Below are positions 30,560-50,987 of a DNA stretch of 64,000 bases, in pieces; position 1 is the stretch's first letter; the number at the start of each line of letters is the position of its first letter. The translations under genes and the position numbers were made by a program. The DNA lies in NCBI RefSeq assembly GCF_009914755.1, contig NC_060925.1; one strand, given 5' to 3'. The DNA is from the human T2T-CHM13v2.0 reference genome, Homo sapiens. Below the pieces are notes generated by a model. That model searched no databases and was not told where the DNA came from. It was given only the letters and a program-made list of their open reading frames with translations.

Positions 30560-32065
30560 TCAGAAATGACTGAAACAGCCAGTGGATTCTAATTTTTTGC
30601 ACATCCTTTATACCTCTAGGAGATTATTATGGAACATTGCACTCTGGACAGAAGAGCTATACCTATAAAATATTCCCCAACAGAAATCATACTCTATCTA
30701 TCTATTAAACAGTACAGCACAGAAAACCCAGATTAAAGGGGAAAAAAAGCAGGTGTCATTAGAATACTTGGAAGAATAGTGGATACTTGGGGAATTGTGG
30801 TCATTGAAAAGGGTTCTCAGAAGGCCACATTAGATGTCATTGTTAATGAGTTGGTAAAAACAAAAGGAAAATTGACCATGATCCCAGTGTTAGGCCTTAA
30901 CTTTATATTCAGGTCTCAAATTGGCTGCTGCATTGGTGGGCTGATAATTTGAGGCCAAGGAGAGGTCTTTGATATGGCAGCAAGGATGGAGTGCCCATGC
31001 TGAAAGTTTAGGGACATATTAAGAAAGCACATGTCTAGAGGCAACTGTCTGGCTGACACAGCAGTCACAGTTGCGTTGTGGGACAGGATACCTAGATGAC
31101 CATGGGCCTTGAAGATGACCTTCAAGACCCTGATTTCTGTTACTTGTGACTTGTAAAAAATGGAAGCATCATGGTTTAGTCTGTTTGTGCTAGTATAATA
31201 AAATATATTTGATCAGATAATTTACACATAAGAGAATGTTATTTCTCATGTTCCAGAGGCTGGAAAGTCCATGATCAAGGTATCAGTATGTTCCATGTCT
31301 GGTGAGAGCCCAGTGTCTCTTTCCAAGATGGGTTCTTGTTGCTGCATCCTCAGCAGGAGATGGACAATGTGTTTTCATGAGGCAGAAGAATGGAAGGGGC
31401 CACCTACTTCCCTCAAGTTCTTTTATAAGGTCACTAATCCCATTCATGAGGGCCCTGTCCTCATACATTAACCTCTTTCTAAAGTCCTCAGCTCTAAATA
31501 CTAATGCATTGGCAGTTAAGTTTCAACACATGAATTTGGAGGGAACATATTCAGACCATATAATTTCACAAGATCAAGAAGAAATATGGGACAAGGGTGA
31601 TCTTGGTATAGCCTAACTCACGCACTGCTGCAATGAACTTTGGCCATTATTTTTACTTTATGTCACAGAGCCAAGGCCAGAGACAAGAAGGAACGGGGAG
31701 AAAAAAAATACCCTAAAATATTCATTCTCATGACCTAGGATGTTACAGGATTTTATGGCCCATTGGCTAATGGCTATTCTGTGCAATGCACTGACCTCCA
31801 AGAAAAGTAGTAGAAAGAGAGTTTTCAGATAAGAGATTCAGGAACTGTCAAAACAAATTAAAATTGACTAGTCCTGTTCTTCCACAGTAAATGAGAAAGG
31901 AGATATGTTTATTCTGGTCATATTGGATAGCTTTAGTAGACAGATGAAGGCTTTCTCAATAAAGTACAAAAGAGCTAAACTAATGGCACAGATTTAAGTC
32001 TAAGAAATCTTCTCTTACCCTGGGGTCCCCACGAACATGACCTCAGACAGTGGGCAGACTCATGA
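30560..32065 (+). mobile_element. Highly decayed LTR-retroelement pol fossil (RNase H and integrase core)
   Basis: Hand translation: HIKKAH../GNCLADTAV at 31015-31066, and QIKID*..GDMFILVILDSFSRQMKAFS..A..MAQI*V*EIFSYPGVPTNMTSDSG at 31854-32054. Boundaries uncertain. Confidence 0.65.
31172..31563. mobile_element. MaLR solo LTR (MST-like) interrupting the pol fossil
   Basis: Typical MST/MLT motifs: ttagtctgtttgtgct, gaggctggaaagtccatgatcaagg, tttcaacacatgaatttggagggaacatattcagaccata. Confidence 0.7.
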
Positions 32066-33029
32066 GAGAGCTGTCTCACCAGCCACGTCTCATGGCATAT
32101 GACAAAACCTAGCAGATTTTGCTCTCCTCTGGCCTGTTCCCCAGCCTTCACACCCCAGCCATCTATCAGGAATCAGCCTCATGAACAGTTGGACTTTGTG
32201 CCCTTTCTAGATCTTTACTCTTTGGAAGTTCACTTCTAGATCATTGAACTCTTTGTCAGATACCACTTTTCTCAGCCTCCTTTCATTTGTATTAAGTTCA
32301 TAACTGTGGTTTCATGATTCTCCTCACATCAGAAAAAGATAAGAACATCTCAACTAAATTGTTCTTTGTGGTTAAGAATATAAATAAATAAAGCCTTGAA
32401 GATAAGACTTGAAATCAGAGAAAAGGTAAGTAGCATAACGTCCACCCCTCCAAATAGCCAATCACAGTCCTGTAAATCAATTTTATTTCATGCTTTCCTG
32501 CTGGCTGCTAATCACTTTGCAAAAATTCCCAAAGTGCTTTTTTTTTTTTTTTTTTTTTACAGGCACTTCAGTGCAGGCATAATGGCCTGCATAAGGTCAT
32601 CTCTTTGATCCTGAAATCACCAGCTGAGTACTTGTGGGAGACATTACAGATTGGTTTGGGCTAAGAGTGAAACAAATCACATGAGCATATGGTATTAAAG
32701 CAATGTGGTATACACACAATGATGTTAACTTACTTTATAAAAGAATATAGTAGAAGCTGTCTTTGAATACAGCTATCTGGTGATAACATTGCTCCCAGAT
32801 ACACATGTATGTAATTTTTTAAGTTGTCTCTGGGCTTAGAGGTCTAGATCCAAAATTACAAGGGAAATAAGCAAGAATATTATCAAGATAATATCAAAAG
32901 GCTGTTCTCCATTGCTCAGAAACATGAAAAAAGGAATGCCCACAGTAAACTGAAGGGTACATATGAAATCTCAGAACGAATCTCTTAACTTCTAAAAATG
33001 TGTTACATTTGGAATGCAATCTGATATAG

Positions 33030-34010
33030 GTATTCACAAGACCTGAGCAGACACCTCGCCAAAGAAGATATACAGCTTAAAAAAAAGCATATGAAAAGAT
33101 ACTAAACATCATATGTCATTAGAGAATTGCAAACTAAAATGAAAATGTGATACCACTGCACACCTATTAGAATGGTGAAAATCCACAACACTGACAACAC
33201 CAAGTGCTAGCAAGAATGTGGAGCATCAGGAATGCTCACCCATTGCTGGTGGGGATGCAAAATGGTACAGATACTTTGTAAGGCAGTTTGGCAGTTTCTC
33301 ATAAAACTGAACGTATCCTTACCATATGATCCAGCAATCACGCTCCATTGCATTTACACAAATAAATAGTAAACTTATGTCTACACAAATACCTACTTTT
33401 AGGTTTGATCTTTAAAGTAGTTTTATCCATGATTATCAAAACTTGGAAGCAGCCAAATTGTCCTTCAGTAGGAGAATATACAAATAAACGGTGGTACATC
33501 CAGACAATGGTATGTTATTCAGTGCCAAAAAATAGCTATCAAGCCATAAATAACATGGAGGAAACTTAAATGTATATTATTAAATGCAAGAAGCTAATAT
33601 GAACAGGCTACATGCAGTGTGTTTCCAACTATATGACATTCTGGAAAAGGCAAAACCGTGGAGACAGTAAAAAGACCAATGGCTGTCAGAGTGAGGGTGC
33701 ACAGAGGAATGAATAGGCAAAGCACAGACGATTTTTAGGGCAGAGGACACTAAAATGGTGGTGACATGTCATTACACATTTGTCAAAACTCAGAGAATGT
33801 GCAAGAAAAGAGTAAACTTTGGACTTTGAGTGATAAAGATGTATCAATGCAGGTCAACTCATTGTAACAAATGTACCATTCTGGTAGAGCGTGTTGATAG
33901 TGGGGGAGGCTATGTATGTGTTGGGGTGGGAGTATACGAGAACTCTCTGCATTTTCCCTCAGTTTTGTTGTGAAGCTAAAACTATTACAGAAAATAAAGT
34001 CCATTTTAAA
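33030..34010 (+). mobile_element. L1MC-like 3' fragment
   Basis: acacctattagaatgg..ctgacaacaccaagtgct..tatgacattctggaaaaggcaaaac..aacaaatgtaccattctgg. Confidence 0.75.
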
Positions 34011-34469
34011 AGTTAAATGAGATAATATATGTAAAGAACCTGATACATTGTAAAGGACTCAATTAATATATTAAAGCTCATATGTAGAGCTTTCTATGTG
34101 CAAGGAGATATCCCATATGACCTCTTGGTCTGATCTTAACTGATTATCCTTTAAAATAAATTTCTGGAGTGGACTTGCTGGGTCAAGTGTGTGAAAGTTT
34201 ACAATATTTTGTCAGATACTCATTAGAAATTTGTGTCAACTTACACTTCCATAAATAACATGCTTGTCTCCCCACGTCTTCACCAACACTTAGTAACTTC
34301 AGGTATTCTAATATTTGCTAAACTACTTGTGGCTTTCAAACTGGGTTCAATGAAGGGATAATGTTCTTTGTAATGCAAAAGAAATCCCCAAGGAAAGAAG
34401 GCAGCTTGTTGGAAATATGACAGTCTATCTCTTCTTTTTCCTTAAACATTGGGGTTCCAAGAGCTCTTG

Positions 34470-34860
34470 AATTGGCATAAAGCTCTGTTTTCATCTGAAG
34501 ATTCCACTGGAGAAAGGTCTACTTTCAAGTTCACTTATATAGTTGTTGGAAGATTCAGTTCTTCTAAGGTTATTAAACTGAGAGCCTCAGTTTCCCCTTG
34601 ACTGTTGGCTGCTCTCAGTTCCTTACTATATTGTCCTCTCCACCAGGGCAACTTGCTTCATCAAAGCCAAAGAGAAAGAGCAACCGTAAAAGCAAGTTGA
34701 AAGTCACAATCCCTACTAACCTAATCATGATAGTGGCATTCCATCATTTTTGTTATATTATACTAGTTAAAAGCAAGTTACTAGGTTCAACCCACACACA
34801 AGGGTACAAATATCAGGAGGTTGAGATCACTGGAGTCACCTTAGAGGCTGGCTACCATAA
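34470..34860. mobile_element. MLT1-like MaLR LTR fragment
   Basis: tccatcatttttgttatattatactagttaaaagcaagttactagg..aacccacacacaaggg..gaggctggctaccata. Confidence 0.55.
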
Positions 34861-34972
34861 CATTACTGTTAGCCTCTGGAACTCTTGGTTGAATGGCATC
34901 TATTTGACCTCTCCTCCAAGATAATTGGTAGACAGAGTAATAAGTAGGCGATGGAAAAGAGATTTTGCTAAA

Positions 34973-36094
<1,122 letters not shown>

Positions 36095-36833
36095 CTACAG
36101 CGTATTATTTAACCCATAATTATCATATTGAGTTATTCTTTGTTAACTCTGATGCCAATAGGTGGTGACTCAGATGGGCATCACTTGACATAGCAGGCTA
36201 ACATCCCCTGAGCATGTGGACAATTCAGTTGTCTCAGTATCACTTGTTTAAAAGACTATCCTTTTCCCTCATTGAATTTACTTTTGTCAAAATCAATTGG
36301 CCATATGATTTTGGCCATTAACTCACACATAAGCAAATATTCTCTCAAAATGGGTTATAGGCCTAAATTTCAGGCGTAAACCATACACTTCTTCGAAGAA
36401 AACATAAATTAACATGTTCATGACCTTAAATAAAGAAAAAAATCTTTTTCTGCTAAACAAAAAAAGTTAAAAAAATGAGACATGATCAAAACTAAAAACA
36501 TTTGCTCTTTAAAAGACATCAATAAGAAAATGAAAAGACAAGCCACAGAATGAGAAAAAATATCAAAACGTATATTTGGTAAAGGACTTCTATCCAGAAT
36601 ATAAAATACAATTACAACTAAAGAACACAAGGATAAATGACTCAATTTTAAAATCAGCACAATATTTGAATAGTCACTTAACCAAAAATGTGTAACAATG
36701 GCCAATAAAGTACACGAAAAGACAGTCAGCATCACCAGTCAGCAGGGAAATGAAAATCAAAACTACAATGTGACACCACTTCTTACCCACTAGAATGCTA
36801 TAACAAAACAGAAGGACAAAAACAATTGGAAGA

Positions 36834-42999
<6,166 letters not shown>

Positions 43000-43384
43000 A
43001 AACAATTGAAAGAAGTGAAAAACAATGATGTGAAAAATTGAACTACTCTTGCAGTGTTGATGGGACATGCAGCCACATTGGAAAACAGATTGCCAGTTCC
43101 TTAAAATGTTAAATATACATTTACCTTATGATCTAGCACTTTCACTCCTAGCTGTCTACCCCAAAGAAACAGAAACCTATGTCCACACAACACATGAATG
43201 TGAATATTCATAGCAGCTTTATCCATAATAGTCCATAAAGTGGAAACACATCAAATATCGATCAATTGATGAATGAATAAACAAATGGGAGCCATCCATA
43301 CAATTTAATAGGGTTTGGCACCTAAAAGGAGTAAAATATTGATACGTGCTACAACATAGATGAACCACAAAAGAACATTAAGCT

Positions 43385-43660
43385 GGCCAGGTGTGGTGAC
43401 TCACACCTGTAATCCCAGCACTTTGGGAGGCCAAGGTGGGTGGATCATTTGGGGTCAAAAGTTTAGATCAGCCTGGCCAACATGATGAAATCCCGCCTCT
43501 ACTAAAAATACAAAAATTACCCAGGCATGGTGGCAGGTGCCTGGAGGCTGAGGCAGGAGAATCACTTGAACCCGGAAGTGGAGGTTGAAGTGAGCCAACA
43601 TCGCACCACTGCACTCCAGCCTGGGCAACAGAGCAAGACTCTGTCTCAAAAAAAAAAAAA
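43385..43660 (+). mobile_element. AluS, specific to copy B
   Basis: TSD aagaacattaagct/aagtatattaagct; empty site at ~3380-3393. Confidence 0.88.
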
Positions 43661-43825
43661 AGTATATTAAGCTAAGTGAAAGAATAGAAATACAAAGACC
43701 AAATATTCTATGATTCCATTTATATAATGTCTAGAAAAGGCAAATCTGTAAAGTCAGTGAGTCAATTAAAGGTTGCCTTGAGCTGTGAGTAAGAGTAAGG
43801 AATGGTGACTGATGAGCACGAGGGA

Positions 43826-43878
43826 TTTCTTAGGAATGATAGAAATGTTGGAAAACAGGATTACAGTGATGGTCCACA
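43826..43878 (+). promoter_or_regulatory. Probable HSD3B1 placental enhancer (TEAD/TEF-5 plus GATA), about -2570 to -2518
   Basis: GGAATG (43833-43838) overlaps TGATAG (43837-43842), at the distance from the inferred TSS that I recall for the 53-bp placental element. Confidence 0.65.
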
Positions 43879-44862
43879 CAAGTATAAAATTTTACTAAAA
43901 ATAATTGAACTGTACACTTAAAACAAGCAAATGTGATGTCAATTATACCTCAGTAAACCTATTTAAAAATAAAAGAAAGTTGGTAGTATGGTTCCCAATC
44001 ACTCTGGACCTTTGTTTTATTTCTCCCTTTCTTTAGGGCTTATATTTATTGCTTCCACTCAGAGACTCCAAGACACATGAGCTGAAATCTACGAGCCTCC
44101 AGAACGTTCAACAGCTGAAAGAAAGTCCAGCCCCACACTGAAGGCGATGGGGGATCTTTAAGGTGCTCTCCAGCACTGCTACAGCAGGCAAAGGCATGCG
44201 ATGCACCTGGGTAGTTTCAGATAGTACTCCACAAGTCTCAGCAAGACCCAGGGCCTGTAAATAGTTCTGATAGTTTCAGAGAACAAGCTGCTACATCTTG
44301 TAGCACAAGGCCAACCTTTCCTAGGCAAGTGGTTTTGAAGCATTGGTAGTGAGGTCCAAAGTAGAAGATGAATGTCTACAACATGGAGGAGGGCAAGACC
44401 CAGAGTGGGGTGTCAAACTAAATCATTTGTAGAGTATTACTTTCAACAACTGCAGAAAGCATTCTTTTCAAGTGCTTATGGCATGTTCACCAATGTAGAC
44501 CATATGCTGGACCATAAAACAAATCTCACTAAATATTCAAGAATCAAAATCATACAGTGCATATGCTCTGGCCACAGTAGTATTTAATTAGAAATCCATA
44601 ACAATGAGATATCTAGAAAATCCTCACTTTTAGAAAACAAGCAACACACTTCTGAATAACACTTGGGTCAGAGAAGAAACCACAAGACAAAACTTTAAAT
44701 ATTATTAACTGAATGATGATAACCCAATACATCAAAATGTTGGGTACAGCTCACACAGTGCTTAAAGAGAAATTTACAACTTTTAATGCCTATAGTGGAA
44801 ATAGGAAAGGAGTAAAGAAAAACAATTTTCTATGCTTTTATTATCAGGATCCTGAAAAACGG

Positions 44863-45311
<449 letters not shown>

Positions 45312-45545
45312 TTATATTTAAATATATATCCAGAACCACAGAGATCTTAGAAGAAAAAATTAGAGAAATATAGAAATAAAATGAGAACTGTGGGAATAAA
45401 AATCAGGAAGTAGTTGCCTATGAGGTAGATTGGGGGAAGGTCAGGGAATTAACAGGGAACAGGCAGAAAACAACTTTCTGGAGTGACGGAAATGGTCTAT
45501 ATCTTTTTTGGGGTGCTACTTACATGGGCATATATAACTGTCAAG

Positions 45546-45555
45546 TTCCACTGAA
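45546..45555 (+). promoter_or_regulatory. Distal STAT6-type site TTC-CACT-GAA, about -850
   Basis: Exact TTC-N4-GAA. The position agrees with my recollection of the distal STAT6 element described for HSD3B1. Confidence 0.6.
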
Positions 45556-46236
45556 CTGAACACTGAAGACCTGGGCATTTTAATGCATGTAAATTATATT
45601 TCAATTTTTTTGAGTAAAGTGTCTTGGGAAGCTTATGGCGGTGATATTTGGGCAGTTCTGGGGCATAGGCTTCAGAAGCATTCACAGTATGTCCAGTTCA
45701 AGAATTTGCTGAGAATCGTTTTGCAGCCAAAAATATGGATAAGTTCGAACACCTATGATAAGAGTCATTGGGGCATACAACCACAAATCCCCACTCTTGT
45801 GATACAGGCCATATCATTAAGTGGTTATCACCAGATAGCTTTCCTTCAATGATGTTGTTCATCTAGGAACCCAGGGCTCTCCAGGGGCAAATGACCATTG
45901 AGGTTTCAGATATATTGGGTAGGAAAGAAAGTCACCTCACATAAAACTAAGTGATTGGAGCTGTCACCATTGCAAATTTCTAAATTTTGTAAGACAGCAG
46001 CAACATTTCAAATGATAGTCTGAGAGAGGAGATAATGGGCTTACATGGATTTCCCTCCAGATGGATTTACTGAACAAGGGCACAATTCAAATTGCACTTG
46101 CAGATTTCTCCTGGTCTAGTTTAAGTTCACAGATTGTGGATCCCAGACAGCTGGTATCAACTGACTAGTGTCCTGTTAAGGCTAAACCCAAGACTCTTTG
46201 CCACACTGCAGCATTAGGATGGGACTTCTCTTCCTG

Positions 46237-46372
46237 TTCCTGGGAAGAATTAGAGATGTAACCCAAAGGTCACTATTTTTCTGAGATAAGGATCCCATAG
46301 GAGGAGAGAGCAATGAGTACATGGCCAGAGATCAAAGTGATAAGGGTTGGGCCAGAAGCCACAGTGCATAAA
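46237..46372 (+). promoter_or_regulatory. HSD3B1 proximal promoter: STAT6-type TTCCTGGGAA (46237-46246), NBRE AAAGGTCA (46265-46272), GATA motifs AGATAA (46284-46289) and TGATAA (46338-46343), TATA-like ATAAA (46368-46372)
   Basis: Motifs read directly from the sequence. Their roles (IL-4/STAT6 induction, NR4A binding) come from recalled HSD3B promoter literature. Confidence 0.7.
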
Positions 46373-46662
46373 GCTTCAGACTTGCCACAGGAAATGAGGT
46401 GAGAAGTACGTCCACTCTTCTGTCCAGCTTTTAACAATCTAACTAATGGTTAGAGATTTTTCATTTTCTTTCAGCTACTCCTGCAGTGGTGGGGACACAG
46501 AATGTTTGCAAAAAAAATGGGGTGGAGGAAAATGAGGCATCTGTGTGAGTATATAACCATTTGACATCTCTTTTTAGCCCTCTCCAGGGTCACCCTAGAA
46601 TCAGATCTGCTCCCCAGCATCTTCTGTTTCCTGGTGAGTGATTCCTGCTACTTTGGATGGCC

Positions 46663-46807
46663 ATGACGGGCTGGAGCTGCCTTGTGACAGGAGCAGGAGG
46701 GTTTCTGGGACAGAGGATCATCCGCCTCTTGGTGAAGGAGAAGGAGCTGAAGGAGATCAGGGTCTTGGACAAGGCCTTCGGACCAGAATTGAGAGAGGAA
46801 TTTTCTA
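46663..46807 (+). CDS. HSD3B1: HSD3B1 coding exon 2 (aa 1-48), Rossmann-fold NAD-binding start
   Basis: gccATGacg start; translates [48 protein letters not shown] with the GxxGxxG motif and Asp36; donor A|gtaagt at 46808. Confidence 0.97.
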
Positions 46808-49800
46808 GTAAGTAAACTTGGGTCATGGGTGTGTGGTTCCATCTTAAACACTGCATGTATGTGGGGGGAGATGGACCTTGTCTAGCAAGTTATTGAAATT
46901 TGTAGCCAAATCTAAGCCAATCTCACATCCAAAGTCATCAAGAAATAAATATTAAATAGTATAAAATGGCATAGTATGAAAGATACTGGGTGGGATTTCC
47001 AGAGACTAGATTCTGGCCCTGACCCAGAACTTGAGAAGCAGCCACCTCAGCCTCCAGGCCTCTTTTCTTCTCATCTAGAAAATCCCACATCAGTTCTTTG
47101 TCTTGTCTGCAACTCTTTTATGTTCTGAAGCTTTTGTCTTGGCAATTGCTGTACAACATTCATAAAGGACACTATTACCCTGGAGACCTCACCAATGGGT
47201 CATTGTCTCTCTAGAACGTGCCAGGCTGTGTTTTGTTTTGCAGCTTCCTTAGTATCCTTTGTGAGGGCAAAATAAAAGGAAGTTAAGGTAAAGATGAGTG
47301 TATAAGTGGGTGTGTGTGACAGAGAGAGAGGAAAACAATAAGGGGGAGAGAGAGTCGGGGAGAGAGAGTCGGGGAGAGAGACTCAGAGAGAGAGACAATG
47401 AGAAAGACAGAGAAATAATGAAAAATATATAGTGAGAGAGAGAGCATCAGTGAGAGAATGTGTGTGCACAGTGCACAGCACAGAGCAGAGACAGAGTAAG
47501 AGGCAGTATAAGGCCAGACATGCCTCATTTAGATTTTGCATATATGGCTTTTTTTTAAAAAAAAAAAAACAAAACATTTACCTCTGTTGCTCATCATCAA
47601 AAAGAAATTGACTGCAGAATTTTCTGTGGCAACTCCTTGTACAAATGGCCCCAAGAGGCAGGTAGAAAAGGCATCACATCCAACAGGACAATGAACGCAT
47701 CAAGGTCCGGAATCACAAAGCAACATGCTAAGGCCATCTGATTGATGCGTAGCAGAGCTCAGACCAGAGCTTTATCCATAGGCTATTTCACCTGGCCCCA
47801 GAGCTGATGCTTGGCAAAGTGGATCTTCAGTCTCTCCCTTTGCTCCTTGGTGTGCCCCAAAACAATTCCCTGTCCTCCTCCCCAACCCAGGGGATTTGGG
47901 GGACTGTGTGTCTACATGTGGGCTCTGGCTGCCCAGAGGGTCCTGCCCTGCCCACAGAGAATCCCCCACTTGACAGCACTCAGGGACCACACCCAACACT
48001 CTACTTTTGCTCTTCTCTGACCTCTTGAAATGTTCGATTTCTTCCACCCTCTGTTTTAATGTTGTCTTTGATAAACAAATATGAAATGCTTATAATCCTT
48101 GCCTGTGTCTCAGCAATATTTGCAATTTAACATCTGAAGCCAGAAAAAAGCAATGCTCAGCCTAGAGGTATTGTTCCCCTATGGTAAAAATGCAGATCAT
48201 ATAATAGACAGGCAGGGATCTGTATGAAGATAAAAACAGAGAAAGCATTCAGTGTTCTTTTTGTGCCAGGCACTTGGCCAAAGGTTTGCCAACTCATTTG
48301 CTCCTCATAACAACCCTATGAGATCGGTAATATTATCCTCCTTTTTTAAAGATGAGGAGATAGAAACAGAGAGGTTAGTTAACTTTTTGAAGGTCCCACA
48401 GTTAGCATATGGCAAAGCTAGATTTGAACCCAGACAGACTAGTGCAGCATCTGTGCTCTTAAGCAGTAGTTTGTCTTACAGCTCCTTTAGGCCTTCCTCT
48501 AGCCCAACTTACACCATAAAAGCAACTCCATTTAGTCTACATAAAACACTTGCCAAGTCTACAGTGCCTTGGAGAAGAAGGGAGCCATGACTTCATCAAC
48601 AAAGTACCTTTTCCTAGTCCCTCTAGATCCCTGGGAACTCACTGGGGAAGAGTCCTTTTCTCTCAGCTTTGGACTTCTTCCACTTTGACACTCCTTTGAG
48701 CCAGTCTGTCTGAAGTGGCAGCAAAGAAGAAGCAGAGGAAGGCAGCAGGAAGGGCAGAGGTGGAACTAGAACCAGAGAACATCCCACTCTCAGGCTGTTA
48801 CCCACATCACCACCAGCAGCCTCTTCCCTGACTCCCCCACTCCAGGACCTTCTTGGAGTTGCCTGACAACGGGAAGAGGTTGGGAGTAGACAAAACATGG
48901 CAGAGGCATCAGGAGAGCAAGTGGTCCTGCTTGTACCCCAGGAAGGAATTTCTCCAGCTTCGAATTTTTCACTCTGAATTTTGCTCTCACTGGTCTTTGG
49001 TCTTTGTTGCCAATTTCAGTTAAACTGGCTTATTCTTTGGAAAAGAATGATATTAAACAACAGAAAAGTTGATATTAAACAGCCAGTCCTGCACCTGGTG
49101 TACAGGGTACAAGCTTGGAGGCAGGGTGGGCGTGTTTAAGCCTTCACTAGAAACGTGACCTTAGATCTGTCCCTTAACCTCTCTGAGACTCAGTTTCCTC
49201 ACTGATAAAGTGGGACTCAGAATACCTACCTCATGAGATAGCTGTAAAAAGAAATAAATATCCTGTAAGTTGCATACAGATGATAAAGCACAAACAAGTG
49301 TAGAGTATTTATCCAAGCTCCATGTAGCATGGTGTTCATTTTGTGGGCTAATTCCAGGTGACAACCTTACTGGCAGCGTCACTTCCTGTGGATTTCAGAG
49401 GAACCTGAAGACATTGATGTTGTAACCACTGCCTCCAGCTAGACAGCTGCGATGTTAGTTCATTGGTGGTTAACTCATTTTCAGCATTGCTACCTGCTTT
49501 TGATGATATCTGATAATAGTTTTCCAGGGAAATTCATCATTGAAGCCCACCCACAATTCCTGAGTAATGACTCCACTCTCCTCCCAGTTGCCCAAGCAGG
49601 AAACTGTAGGGGTGATTTTATCTTCTCCTTTTCCTATCAGCTCAGATCCAATAGGTACCAGGACCTTCAAGGTAAGGTCTGAAATTCAAACCTGGTATAT
49701 CTCTCCCCTCCTCTGCTTCCACTGCTGGACCCTGCTTCCAGTCCTCATCGAAACTTTGGCACAGACATTCTGATTAATCACTTGATCATCAGTCTTTCTC

Positions 49801-49901
49801 AAATCCCCTATACCAGTCCATTTTATATCCTCAAGCCAAGATTAACTTCCTACACCACAACCCTGCTTTTGTTCCTTTTTTTGTTGTTGCTTGTGTGGTT
49901 T

Positions 49902-49902
<1 letters not shown>

Positions 49903-49941
<39 letters not shown>

Positions 49942-50231
49942 AGACAAGGTGGTCTTGCTCTACCACCCAGGCTAGAGTGCAGAGGTGTGATCTTGGCTCA
50001 CTGCCAGGAACCAGAGACCCCAGCCTCCATTTATCCTCCCACCTCAGTCTGCAGAGTAGCTGGGACTGCAGGCAGGCACATGCCACCATGCCCAGCTATT
50101 TCATGTATTTTAATAGAAATGGGATTTCCCCATGTTGTCCAAGCTGGTCTCAACCTCCTGCGCTCCAGTGATCCATCCATCACAGCCTCCCAAAGTGCTG
50201 GAATAACAGGCATGAGCCACGGGGCTTGGCC
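49903..50231 (-). mobile_element. Old Alu (J-like) in HSD3B1 intron 2, with a long poly-T run (49904-49940)
   Basis: Antisense Alu; paralogous to 9525-9823. Confidence 0.85.
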
Positions 50232-50594
50232 TTTTTGTCATTTTATTCCAAATATAAATAAGGGGTTTTCTTTAACATGATGCTGGAGTCCCAAAATTAT
50301 GATTCTATACATGATTTCTCATTACTTACAGAATTAACTTCAAACTTTTCCCTCATACTCTCTACAATCACACTACTCTCCTTAGAAAATTTGATGGGCT
50401 TCCCATGACTCTAGCAATGCTTATATTCCAGGCATACCTGACAGCTCACTGCTCAGATTACTTTTCTAAAATGAGATGGGAGAGAAACAGATGTTTGCTC
50501 TTTCCAAGAAATTGATACACATGCTGATTTCTGTGCCTTTTTTACTTGTTCTTTCCGTAGAATGTACACCCTCCACTCTAACACCCTACTCTAA

Positions 50595-50987
<393 letters not shown>

